DNA of 64,000 bases from Octopus sinensis. Taxonomy: Eukaryota. The notes under the pieces are model-generated. The model made no database searches and was not told the DNA's origin. It saw only the letters and a program-made list of their open reading frames with translations. Positions within the stretch are counted from its first letter, which is position 1. Each line of letters begins with the position of its first letter. Below, piece after piece: positions 35,771-48,060 of this stretch. Made by a program: the position numbers and the translations under genes. The stretch lies in NCBI RefSeq assembly GCF_006345805.1, contig NW_021834240.1:7409-71408 (forward strand), written 5' to 3'.

Positions 35771-38700
35771 TATATATGTATGTATGAACCAATGAGGGAG
35801 ACCTCTACGTGGTAGCTAGACCTGGTAGAAATAGCAGCCAAATCTCCCTCAAATCACACCCTACTCTCTTATCTATGTATATATGTATGTATGAGCCAAT
35901 GGGGGAGACCTCTACATGGTAGCTAGACCTGCTAGAAATAGCAGCCAAATCTCCCTCATATCACACCCTGCTCTCGTATCTATGTATATATGTATGAACC
36001 AATGAGGGAGACCTCTACATGGTAGCTAGACCTGCTAGAAATAGCAGCCAAATCTCCCTCAAATCACACCCTACTCTCTTATCTATGTATATATGTATGT
36101 ATGAGCCAATGAGGGAGACCTCTACATGGTAGCTAGACCTGGTAGAAATAGCAGCCAAATCTCCCTCAAATCACACCCTACTCTCTTATCTATGTATATA
36201 TGTATGTATGAGCCAATGAGGGAGACCTCTACATGGTAGCTAGACCTGGTAGAAATAGCAGCTAAATCTCCTCTCAAATCACACCCTACTCTCTTATCTA
36301 TGTATATATGTATGTATGAGCCAATGGGGGAGACCTCTACATGGTAGCTAGACCTGGTAGAAATAGCAGCCAAATCTCCCTCAAATCACACCCTACTCTC
36401 TTATCTATGTATATATGTATGTATGAGCCAATGAGGGAGACCTCTACATGGTAGCTAGACCTGGTAGAAATAGCAGCTAAATCTCCTCTCAAATCACACC
36501 CTACTCTCTTATCTATGTATATATGTATGTATGAGCCAATGGGGGAGACCTCTACATGGTAGCTAGACCTGGTAGAAATAGCAGCCAAATCTCCCTCAAA
36601 TCACACCCTACTCTCTTATCTATGTATATATGTATGTATGAGCCAATGGGGGAGACCTCTACATGGTAGCTAGACCTGGTAGAAATAGCAGCCAAATCTC
36701 CCTCAAATCACACCCTACTCTCTTATCTATGTATATATGTATGTATGAGCCAATGAGGGAGACCTCTACATGGTAGCTAGACCTGGTAGAAATAGCAGCT
36801 AAATCTCCTCTCAATCACACCCTACTCTCTTATCTATGTATATATGTATGTATGAGCCAATGGGGGAGACCTCTACATGGTAGCTAGACCTGGTAGAAAT
36901 AGCAGCTAAATCTCCCTCAAATCACACCCTACTGTCATATGTATACATGTATGTATGAGCCAAGAAAGGAGACCTCTATGTGGTAGCAAGATCTGGTAGA
37001 AATAGCAGCTAAATCTCCCTCAAATCACACCCTACTGTCATATGTATACATGTATGTATGAGCCAAGAGGAGACCTCTATGTGGTAGCAAGATCTGGTAG
37101 AAATAGCAGCTAAATCTCCCTCAAATCACACCCTACTCTTTATTATGTATATATGTATGTATGACCAATGGGGGAGACCTCTACATGGTAGCTAGACCTG
37201 GTAGAAATAGCAGCCAAATCTCCCTCAAATCACACCCTACTTCTTATCTATGTATATATGTATGTATGAGCCAATGAGGGAGACCTCTACATGGTAGTAG
37301 ACCTAGACCTGTAGAAATAGCAGCTAAATCTCCTCTCAAATCACACCCTACTCTCTTATCTATGTATATATGTATGTATGAGCCAACAAGGCAGACCTCT
37401 ATATGGTAACTAGGCCTGGTAGAAATAGCAGTCAATTCTCCGTCAAACCACACCCTACTGTCTTATGTATGAGTCAATGGGGGAGACCTCTACATGGTAG
37501 CTAGATATGGTCGAAGTAGCAACCACATCTCCCTCAAATGACACCCTATTGTCGTATGTATGCGTATATGTATGTATGAGCCAATGAGGGAGAACTCTAC
37601 ATGGTAGCTAGAGATGGTAGAAATAGCAGCTAATCTCCTCTCAAATCACACCCTACTCTCTTATCTATGTATATATGTATGTATGAGCCAATGGGGGAGA
37701 CCTCTACATGGTAGCTAGACCTGGTAGAAATAGCAGCCAAATCTCCCTCAAATCACACCTACTCTCTTATCTATGTATATATGTATGTATGAGCCAATGG
37801 GGGAGACCTCTACGTGGTAGCAAGATCTGTTAGAAATAGCAGCCAAATCTCCCTCAAATCATACCCACTGTCTTATCTATGTATACATGTATGTATGAGC
37901 CAATGAGGGAAACCTCTACATGGTAGCTAGACCTGGTAGAAATAACAGCCAAATCTCCCTCAAATCACACCCTACTCTCTTATCTATGTATATATGTATG
38001 TATGAGCCAATGAGGGAGACCTCTACATGGTAGCTAGACCTGGTAGAAATAGCAGCCAAATCTCCCTCAAATCACACCCTACTCTCTTATCTATGTATAT
38101 ATGTATGTATGAGCCAATGAGGGAGACCTCTACATGGTAGCCAGACCTGGTAGAAATAGCAGCCAAATCTCCCTCAAATCACACCCTACTCCCTTATCTA
38201 TGTATATATGTATGTATGAGCCAATGAGGGAGCCTCTACATGGTAGCTAGACCTGGTAGAAATAGCAGCCAAATCTCCCTCAAATCACACCCTACTCTCT
38301 TATCTATGTATATGTATGTATGAGCCAATGAGGGAGACCTCTACATGGTAGCTAGACCTGGTAGAAATAGCAGCCAAATCTCCCTCAAATCACACCCTAC
38401 TCTCTTATCTATGTATATATGTATGTATGAGCCAATGAGGGATGCCTCTACATGGTAGCTAGACCTGGTAGAAATAGCAGCCAAATCTCCCTCAAATCAC
38501 ACCCTACTCTCTTATCTATGTATATATGTATGTATGAGCCAATGAGGGAGACCTCTACATGGTAGCTAGACCTGGTAGAAATAGCAGCCAAATCTCCCTC
38601 ATATCACACCCTACTCTCTTATCTATGTATATATGTATGTATGAGCCAATGAGGGAGACCTCTACATGGTAGCTAGACCTGGTAGAAATAGCAGCTAAAT

Positions 38701-39065
38701 CTCCTCTCAAATCACACCCTACTCTCTTATCTATGTATATATGTATGAGCCAATGAGGGAGACCTCTACATGGTAGCCAGACCTGGTAGAAATAGCAGCC
38801 AAATCTCTCTCAAATCACACCCTACTCTCTTATCTATGTATATATGTATGTATGAGCCAATGAGGGAGACCTCTACATGGTGGCTAGACCTGGTAGAAAT
38901 AGCAGCCAAATCTCCCTCAAATCACTCCCTACTCTCTTATCTATGTATATATGTATGTATGAGCCAATGGGTGAGACCTCTACATGGTGGCTAGACCTGG
39001 TAGAAATAGCAACCAAATCTCCCTCAAATCACTCCCTACTCTTTTAGCTATGCATATATGAGCAA
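35771..39065. repeat. 107/108-bp tandem satellite, about 31 units (one further partial unit left of the mariner, from about 34425)
   Basis: Period 107 (aatgagggag at 36001, 36108, 36215). Unit: tatgtatatatgtatgtatgagccaatgagggagacctctacatggtagctagacctggtagaaatagcagccaaatctccctcaaatcacaccctactctcttatc. Confidence 0.95.
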
Positions 39066-39076
39066 AGAAGGGAGGC

Positions 39077-39108
<32 letters not shown>

Positions 39109-39259
39109 ATTGTAGCAAGACTTGATAAAAATAACAGTCTATAACACCACCACCACCACCACCACCACCATCAACCAGACTCCAGTTCCACAGTTATGTG
39201 AACCTGATTTTATCGACCAGTTATGTCTTACATTATCTGGTGTTCTGTCTTAATGCACA

Positions 39260-39900
39260 TCATACACCTGTGATGGTGGTGGTGTGGTGGTGGTGGTATG
39301 CTGTAATGGTGACAGCAGAGGGGATGCAATTACGGTATGGTGGTGGTGGCATTGGAGATAGTGATGGGGGGGAGGGTGATGTGATTACAATACTGTGATG
39401 GCAGTAGTGGAGGCGGGGTCGGGGTGATGTGATGGTAGTGGTGATGGTGGAGTAGTGATAACAGTATGGGGATGGTGGCGGTGGTTGGTGGTGATGGCAG
39501 TGGTTGTTGGTGATGGCAGTGATGGTGGTGGTGGTGGTGGTTGGTGGTGGCAGTGGTTGTTGGTGATGGCAGTGATGGTGGTGGTGGTGGTGGTTGGTGG
39601 TGGCAGTGGTTGGTGGTGACGGCAGTGGGTGGTGGCGGTGGTGGTGGCAGTGGTGGTTGGTAGCGGTTGATGTTTGTGGTGGTGGTGGTGGAGACGGTGG
39701 TGTTGGTGGTAGTGTTGATGGTAGTGGTGATGGTGTCGGTGGTGGTGCTGATAGCAAAGGTGGTGGTGGTGGTGGTGGTTGTGGTTTTGATGATGTTCTT
39801 GTCGATGTTCCCAGCAGTAATATCAGAACAGTGGAGATAGCACAGTGTCAGTGGTGGTGGTCGTGGCGATGGTGGTGACGCAGGGGCAGAACTGGCTACA
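39260..39900 (+). repeat. (GGT)n/GGTGAT-rich low-complexity tract
   Basis: Seen directly. Confidence 0.85.
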
Positions 39901-40675
39901 GTGGTTGGGTGGAGTGTAGGGGGGGGCAGGGCGGAGACTGATTACAGAGATAGGAGAAACAGTGCGTTGATGATGGCAGTCGTAGGGAAGATAGCTGTGG
40001 TCGATGATGCTGGTGATGATGATGATGATGAGGAGAGAGGCGAGCATAGATCGGGAGGGGTGGGTCGGTGAGGCAGTCAGAGAAAAACATTTCTATAATT
40101 ATATATCGAGAAAGGGGTTCTCTTGAGATGCCTGCACGTATATATAACATATATATATAACATATATATATATATATATATATATATGTGAATGTTCATA
40201 CATTTATAAACACTTGTGTGTGTGTGTGTGTATATATACACACACAAACACACACACGTGTGCACACATACATATGTACACGCATACATTTATACATAGC
40301 CAAATACATCCACATGTCTGCATATACACACCCAATTACTTATATAACAGAGAAAATGGGATATATAATATGTATTATATAGACATAGGCTGAGATATAC
40401 AAATATACATCCATATATACACATATGTATATTATACATATATATTCATATTATATACATATGGTGCCCCAGCATGGCCGCGGCCTTCGGGCTAAAACAT
40501 TTTTAAGGATTTAAGGATATAATATATATATATAAATGCATATACACACTAGTATACATACATATTATATACGCATACATATACAAATATACACATATAA
40601 ACACAAATGTGTGTATATATATGTTATATACACGTACGTATGATGATTATGATTGATTACATACGAAGAGAAGTA

Positions 40676-40752
40676 CAGGGTGTCCATAAATTACTTTTAC
40701 AATTTGGATTGGGGAATTGTGAAATTTGTAAAGATAATTTATGAACATCCTG
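40676..40752. mobile_element. 77-bp Tc1/mariner-type MITE, almost entirely TIR
   Basis: TA|cagggtgtccataaattacttttacaattt ... aaatttgtaaagataatttatgaacatcctg|TA. Confidence 0.75.
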
Positions 40753-40989
40753 TATATATATACACACACATATATATATATATGGTCCATTTTTTTTCGT
40801 CTTTTACCTTGATCTGACATTTGTGCCACACCACCACCACCACTGTTACAGAAGAAAGCAGCAGCAGCTTAGCTTGCTTCTCGATTCTCTACAATGGTAA
40901 AAACGGTGTCTATATTTCATTCTAGTTGTAACAAGAAGACACACTACACACCCACACACACACCGTGTGTGTAAATGGTGCAGGCTTGA

Positions 40990-41085
40990 AACAGGCACAG
41001 ATATATAGATATATGTGTGTGTGTGTGTGTATATGTATATAAATATATATATATATGTGTGTGTGTATGTGTATATATGAAAGTG

Positions 41086-41135
<50 letters not shown>

Positions 41136-41163
41136 GAAAGTGTTTATGTATGTATGAATGTAC

Positions 41164-41195
<32 letters not shown>

Positions 41196-41214
41196 ATATA
41201 TATATATATATATG

Positions 41215-41249
<35 letters not shown>

Positions 41250-41542
41250 CATACATATATATGAAAGTGTATATGTATGTATGAATGTACATATATATAT
41301 TATATATATATATGTGTGTGTGTGTATGTATATATATATATATATGAAAGTGTATATGTATGAATGTACATATATATGTGTGTGTGTATACATATATGTC
41401 CATATATATGTATATATACATATATATCCATATATATGTATATATACATATATATCCATATATATGTATATATACATATATATATATGCATACATATATA
41501 TATGCATATATATACACACACACATATATATACCAGTGTATG

Positions 41543-41574
<32 letters not shown>

Positions 41575-41828
41575 TATATATGGTATATGTTTGAGTGTAA
41601 GTGACTGTATAACAGGATAAAAAATTTAACATGCATTTTATCACATGGAATATATTTTATTCTCTTTCATACAGTACATGTGTGTGCATATATATATATA
41701 TGTATGTGTATATACATATGCATATGACTATATATGCATGTGTGTGTATGCATATACATGAATAAAATATATACATGCTAATGTGATGTGCCCCATTCTT
41801 CGACTTTGTTCTTTCAAACCTATACACG

Positions 41829-41874
<46 letters not shown>

Positions 41875-41930
41875 TAAATATATACATATATGCATATATA
41901 AACATACATACAAACACAGATTTCTATCAA
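40990..41930. repeat. Compound (TA)/(TG) microsatellite region
   Basis: Seen directly. Confidence 0.95.
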
Positions 41931-41979
41931 AATATACATTTCTCTTTATACACACATACACTATCTGTGTGTATCTCAT

Positions 41980-42350
41980 ATCTTTTAGTTGCTTGTCATT
42001 TGACTGCGGCCATGCTGGGGCACTGCCACAAATGGTTTTAGTTAAACAAATCAAACCGTGGACTTTTAAGCCTAGTAGTTATTCTATCGGTCTCTTCTGT
42101 TGAACCACTAAGTCATGGGGACATAAACACACCAACATCAAGTGGTGGTGTGACGAAAAACATAGACACAAAGACATAAATATATATATATATATATAGA
42201 TGTAGATGATGGGCTTCTTTCAGTTTCCGTCTGCCAAATCAACTCAGAAGACTCTGGTCAGCCCGAGTCTATAGCAGAAGACACTTGCCCAAGATGCCAC
42301 GCAGTGGGACTGAACCCGGAACCATGTAAACAAGCTTACCACACAGCCAC
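41980..42350 (-). mobile_element. SINE family A, diverged
   Basis: A blocks in order. Confidence 0.75.
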
Positions 42351-42539
42351 ATCTTATATATATGTATGCTATATATATATATATATATAGGAGTGGCTGT
42401 GTGGTAAGTAGCTTGTTTACCAACCACATGGTTCCGAGTTCAGTCCCAACATCCTTGGCAGTGAAGGGCGGAATGGACAGCAGACGAACGACCCCATTGG
42501 CCACAAACAAGGATGGTAGAGTACTGTGTCCCTTAAGAG

Positions 42540-42787
42540 AATGAGGGGTTCCAGTGGATCTGATCAATGTGCAAGTGGCTGAGTGCTCCACAGACATGTG
42601 TACCCTTAGCATAGTTCTCAAGGAGATTCAGCATAATACAGAATGTAACAAGGCTGGCCCCTTTGAAATTACTGGTACAACTCATTTTTGCCAGCTGAGT
42701 GGACTGGAGTGAGGTGAAATAAAGTGTCTTGCTGAAGGAGAGAGCGCGCTGCCGGGAATTGAACTCATGACCTTACGATTATGAGAA
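42540..42787 (-). mobile_element. SINE family B, second tail type
   Basis: Homologous to 30165-30452. Confidence 0.7.
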
Positions 42788-43618
42788 GGTGTGACAACAT
42801 CAAGGATTAGATTGAGCCAGGTGGTGGAGAGCCCCTGATGGCGTATTCAAGGCCAGAACAGGACTGGGTGGGGTGGGGGGTGATGCGAGGTGAGGGTGGG
42901 CAATAAACCTCCTCCCAAACACACCCTGACCCTTAACCCCGAGGATGGGGCTACTGTCCTTTGAAATTCACCTCCCAGCACTGTGGTTTCGAGTTCAGCC
43001 CTGCTACTTGTGTTTTCTAGTACAGGCCCTGACCAGATGGAAACTGAAAGAAGCCTATTGCGTGCCATGATGATGATCATTCTCATTTACTGTTCATCTT
43101 CCATGACAGCTTGGGTTGGACAGTTCGGCAAAGTCCAACGAGCCAGGGGACTGTGTTGACCCCCAAAGTCTACTTTCACACGGTTTCTGTCGATAAAGCA
43201 CCTTCCCAGATCATTTATATTTCTGGGGCCGATTTCCTGGTTTCTGTGGTGCATATGTTACCTCCCTGGACGAGGCACATGTCCATTGCAGCATTGCTCA
43301 CTTTTGCCAGCCGAGTAGACTGCACCAATGCGAAATGAAATGTCTTGCTCAAGAAAACAATTCATCACATATATTATTATATTTATCCCACATTATATTG
43401 GTATAACCATGATGCAGCCCCCAAAAAACTGACCCACTAGTCAGTACCATTAGAAGGTAACCAGCAGAATGAAATATGGGCTTTGTTTGTAAACTCCTAA
43501 TGTTACCATAAACGAATTTTAAAGATCTCTATCTACCCATCTATACAAAACTGTCAAACGGGAAAGTGAAACTCCGAGGAACAGTTTTTGCGATATTTTT
43601 GCTACTTTTTAATAAAGA

Positions 43619-44370
43619 ACTAGCACTATGACCCGGCGTTGCCGTGTCATAGTGCTAGTGCATGCATACACAGCTGTGTGCGTGTGCACATACATGCGAG
43701 TACTGTCCAAATTGCCGACCAATCACATACAGCTAGCTGGCATTCAATTGGCGTATCAAGTTTCAGGCATTTTGATTGGGTTTTGGATAGAAAATTCACA
43801 AAAAAGTCACTTGTATTGATTTTTTAATGGCTTTGTGGGGTGACTGGGGAAATGTAAAGATGTGCACGACCACCCTTGGACGGTTTTGAATGACCATAGA
43901 AAGTGCGAGCCCTCTAACTGAAAAATTGTGGATTTGTATAAAGGACACACACGCAGACATTTTGCCGTTTATATATATACTAGCAGTATCGCCCGGCGTT
44001 GCTCGGGTTTGTAAGGGAAATAATTATATAAGCATTTTTAGAGATGTAAAGTATAATAGCCATCTCAATATGGCTAACCACAAAGGGGGAGGGGTGTTAC
44101 TGCAGCTTTTTACGTTCTGAGATTTAATAATAAATTTTAGAGAGTTACTTCCTTATATATGTCAAAAATGGATTAAAAATGGGAAAAATTGATGGTAAAT
44201 TTTTTTTAAAATCGTAGACTCATCGTAGACGCGCGCTAATACCCAGACGGTCTCGATGAATCACAACTATAAGATACCCGTTTTGGTTAAACTGCACCGC
44301 AAAATGTAGGAGTAGTTCGGAATCTAAATCGTAGGAGACAGACACACAACCTCACTTTTATATATAAGAT
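43619..44370 (+). mobile_element. Two head-to-tail Helentron-type non-autonomous elements (43619-43978, 43979-44370)
   Basis: The first starts with a perfect 14-bp hairpin actagcactatgac/gtcatagtgctagt. The second matches 14307-14707 and ends cacttttatatataagat. Confidence 0.7.
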
Positions 44371-44471
44371 TTCCTCTATTTACATAATATTGAGGTCTCT
44401 TTCTTTCTTTTGTTATCTTACTGTTTTTACAATATACATATAATATATATATAAATATATATATAGTTACA

Positions 44472-44786
44472 GAGATGTACTTGCATAGCAAGTGACTTGA
44501 TCTGAGATCGTGTGCTGGAACGAAACAGTTGCAGCGTTGAAGGTGTTTATAAGCCATTTAAGAAACACACAAAAACCGTTACATTCACTTCAACATTTAA
44601 ATTTAATTTGTCAAATTATTTCATCGCTTTGAGACCGCGACCTGTTAGCACGATATTTTTGTCAGTGAACAGGTCGCGGTCTGAAAGCGACGAAAATATT
44701 TTGGCAAATTAAATTTAAATGTTGAAGTGAATGTAACGGTTTTTGTGTGTTTCTTAAATGGCTTACAAACACCTTCCACGCTGCAA
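44472..44786. mobile_element. Fold-back element with ~118-bp arms (44529-44646, 44668-44786)
   Basis: ttgcagcg..gaaggtgttt...cgcgacctgtt versus aacaggtcgcg...aaacaccttc..cgctgcaa; 21-nt spacer. Confidence 0.85.
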
Positions 44787-44809
44787 TATATATATACACA
44801 CATATATAT

Positions 44810-44975
44810 ATATGTATGTATGTGTTATATGTGTATGCATGTATGTGTGTGTGTTGGTGTCTGTGCTTGTGATTGTCCTCCACCACTGCTTGACAACGAA
44901 TATTGGTTTGTTTACATCCCTGTCACCTAGTGGTTTGACAAAGGAAACAGATAGAATAAGTACAATGCTTACAAA
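44810..44975 (+). mobile_element. SINE A 3' half, diverged
   Basis: ctgcttgacaac..gtttacatccc..gatagaataagtac. Confidence 0.65.
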
Positions 44976-45019
44976 AATAAAACGAGTTCAAGGCATGAGA
45001 AAGCTTGAGTTTACATGAG

Positions 45020-45395
45020 AAGGCCTAACAGACCTGGCAGAAACAGCAGCCAAATCTCCCTCAAATCACACCTTACTGTCTTATGTATGTATATATATAT
45101 GAGCCAATGAGGGGGACCTCTACATGGTAGCTAGACCTGGTAGAAATAGCAGCCAAATTTCTCCCAAATCACACCTTACTGTCTTATCTATGTATATATG
45201 TATGTATGAGCCTATGAGGGAGACCCCTACATGGCAGCTAGACCTGGTAGAAATAGCAGCCAAATTTCCCCCAAATCACACCTTACTGTCTTATCTATAT
45301 GTATGTATGAGCCTATGAGGGAGACCCCTACATGGCAGCTAGACATGGTAGAAATAGCAGCCAAATCTCCCTCAAATCACACCTTACTGTCTTAT
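45020..45395. repeat. Short array (about 3.5 units) of the 107-bp satellite family, variant subtype
   Basis: Same unit, with diagnostic ccttactgtctta and gagcctatgag variants. Confidence 0.9.
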
Positions 45396-45409
45396 CTTTC
45401 TGCTACTTG

Positions 45410-45511
45410 GATATAGGTGTTATATTCGTTGTAAAAAAACTTTCCTGTCACACACTCACGCACACGCACACACACACGCACACACACGCACCCTCACACA
45501 CACACACACGT

Positions 45512-45571
<60 letters not shown>

Positions 45572-45941
45572 GCGCACGTTAGCTTACAATTTTATTTATA
45601 TATTTGCGTCTATGTTTGAAAGAGGAAGTGGGAGGCAGAGTGAAAGAATCACTCACTACAGTAAGTCAATTACTTTCATTTTATTCGTTGCCCACTGTGT
45701 GTGTGCGTTTGCGTGTGGTGTAAACCAGACTAAGAAAAGCATTTGACACACATACCAGAATGTGAGTTTTCTGTAAATTTTGCTTAATTGGAGTTTAAAT
45801 TTTAAAAACTGGACCTGGCATGACGCGATGCATTGTACTCTTAAAAATGCAAGGTAAATTGTAATTGAAGAAATCCTATATTGTAGATTTGTATAACTCC
45901 CAAAGGGAGGCAGATAAAATCTGCCTTTTATAATAAGAGAT
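45410..45941 (+). mobile_element. Probable Helentron-type element (3' terminus recognisable)
   Basis: Hairpin aggcagat-aaa-atctgcct at 45908-45926 followed by tttataataagagat. Confidence 0.45.
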
Positions 45942-46224
45942 AGAGATATTACTCTACCTCTGGTATTTGAGTACTATTTTTTCCACCTTGTTTCGCATTT
46001 ATGTGCTTACTCTGGTATATATAATGTATATATACACACATATACATACAAGTAATCACTTGCTATATCGCACTCAGTAAATTGCAGATTTTTCTGGCTA
46101 ATATAAGTAAATTTATATCTCAGGTTTCTCTGGCTGATAAGTATTTAGATTATTTTAGATTTTAATTATTTCTGTAGGAGGTTTTGGAATGTAACACCTA
46201 CAACAGTCAAGGGATTACTGTATA

Positions 46225-46400
46225 CGGATTTCCAATTGAGGAGGGAGCATCTGGAAGGGGTAGACCAAGGAAGACATGGGACAAAGTGGTGTGAGGGGGA
46301 TCTTCAGACGTTGGGCCTCACGAGGGGGAATAACAGGGAATTGAGATTCCAGGATTCCAGGCAACTTGCTGTGATTCAGAAGACACGTCAAGCTAATTAA
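46225..46400 (+). mobile_element. RTE LINE ORF2 terminal fragment
   Basis: GRPRKTWDKVV*GDLQTLGLT...AVIQKTR. Confidence 0.7.
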
Positions 46401-46464
46401 AAGCATGGTTGTCCTTGCGTGCAGGTAGATCTCCTCCATCCCTCTTCAGCTGAGTGATCCTAAT

Positions 46465-47045
46465 CCTGCGGTTCGACCAAGGTCTGGGAAGCCAGGAGGC
46501 TGCACCAGGCTCCAGTCTGATCTGGCAATGTTTCTACGGCTGGATGCCCTTCCTAACGCCAACCACTCCGTGAGTGTAGTGGGTGCTTTTTACGTGCCAC
46601 CGGCACAGGTGCCAGGGGAGGCTGGCAATGGCCATGATCGGTTGGTGCTTTTTACGTGCCCCTGGCACAGGTGCCAGGCGAGGCTGGCAACAGCCATGAA
46701 TCGGTTGGTGCTTTTTACGTGCCCCTGGCACAGGTGCCAGGCGAGGCTGGCAACAGCCATGAATCGGTTGGTGCTTTTTACGTGCCACCGGCACAGAAGC
46801 CAGTCAAGGCGGTGCTGGCATCGGCCACGTTCGGATGGTGCTTTTTATGTGCCACCAGCACAGGGATCACAACTACAATTTCCATTGATTTTTGATGTTG
46901 GTGTACTTGACTCAATAGGTCTCCTCAAGCACAGGGTCAAAACAGTGTTTCTTTACATGCCACTTGCACGAGAGTCAGTCCAGCGTCACTGCCAACGGCC
47001 GGGTGCCAGTGAAAGGATTTGGTTCAATTTCAATTTGGTTCAATT
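46465..47045 (-). mobile_element. Family D copy with five internal repeat motifs
   Basis: ggtgcttttta(c/t)gtgcc at 46582, 46644, 46707, 46770 and 46837. Confidence 0.8.
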
Positions 47046-47174
47046 TCGAGTTTAGAGTCCAAAGAAGGAAAGGTACGCATAAATAATATTGTGTAGAACT
47101 GAGACTTGAGCCAAAAACAGTGTAAAAGTCTCTCCTTCCTTCTTTTTGTTCTCTTTGATTCAAATCTCATTGCT

Positions 47175-47395
47175 ATGAGGCCCCACCAGTGTGTCCATGT
47201 GGGTGAGGCATACATGAACCATTGGAATTTCGTTCCACATGGCATGTGGAAGATTGAAGCGGCACATGAACATTCATAATAGACAAGCAGCAAAACTGAA
47301 GGCCAACGTGGAAATGAGACACTGTTGCAGAATATGGGATCAGCTGTTTGGGTCTTTCGGGGCTCAAAGGACATTGAAGATTTCACACTGGGAAA
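47175..47395 (+). pseudogene. Degenerate C2H2 zinc-finger relic
   Basis: RPHQCVHVGEAY..., RLKRHMNIH, and HCCRIWDQLFGSF[fs]GLKGH*RFHTGK. Confidence 0.45.
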
Positions 47396-47574
47396 CAGTA
47401 ATTATGGGAACAAAAAGGGGTTAAGCTCTGAAAGGAGTAGATAACCACCATATATATATATTAGAAGAAATGAGGGACTCAGAAATCTGGAGGGTTTTAT
47501 ATTTACAGATTTTTATTGATATGTCATATGTAGGATTTTATAAAAACATGTGTGTGTATATATATATGTAGTGT

Positions 47575-47832
47575 GGTGGGTGCTTTTTATGTGCCACCGA
47601 CACAGGTGCCAGACGAGACAGGTGCCAGCCTCATCTGGCACCTGTGCCAGTGGCACATAAAAAGCACGCACTACACTCATGGAGTGGTTGGCATTAGGAA
47701 GGGCATCCAGCTGTAGAAACACTGCCAGATCAGACTGGAGCCCGCTGCAGCCTTCGGGCTCCCCAGACCCCAGTTGAACCGTCCAACCCATACTAGCATG
47801 GAAAGCGGACGTTAAACGATGATGATGATGAT
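47575..47832 (+). mobile_element. Family D copy
   Basis: ggcacataaaaagcac...gttaaacgatgatgatgat. Confidence 0.75.
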
Positions 47833-47866
<34 letters not shown>

Positions 47867-48060
47867 TTCAGCAAAACAATTTAGATTCAAATGAATATGG
47901 TACTTAATTTAGATGCAACAGAATTTTTTTATGGTATTACCCATAAAATTACGTGGGGTGATTATAACCAAAAAATAAGCAACAAGTATGGATCGGTAGT
48001 TTAGTACAATTGTTTCATACTATAAACATTTTATTAAAGCTGGTTATATATATATATACT

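Noticed and set aside
35771-39065. Array could be mistaken for CRISPR
   Set aside because: Whole units are near-identical with no unique spacers, the context is eukaryotic, and there are no cas genes; it is a satellite.
39260-39878. Pro/Thr/His-rich and Gly/Val-rich ORFs
   Set aside because: They are translations of the (GGT)n low-complexity tract.
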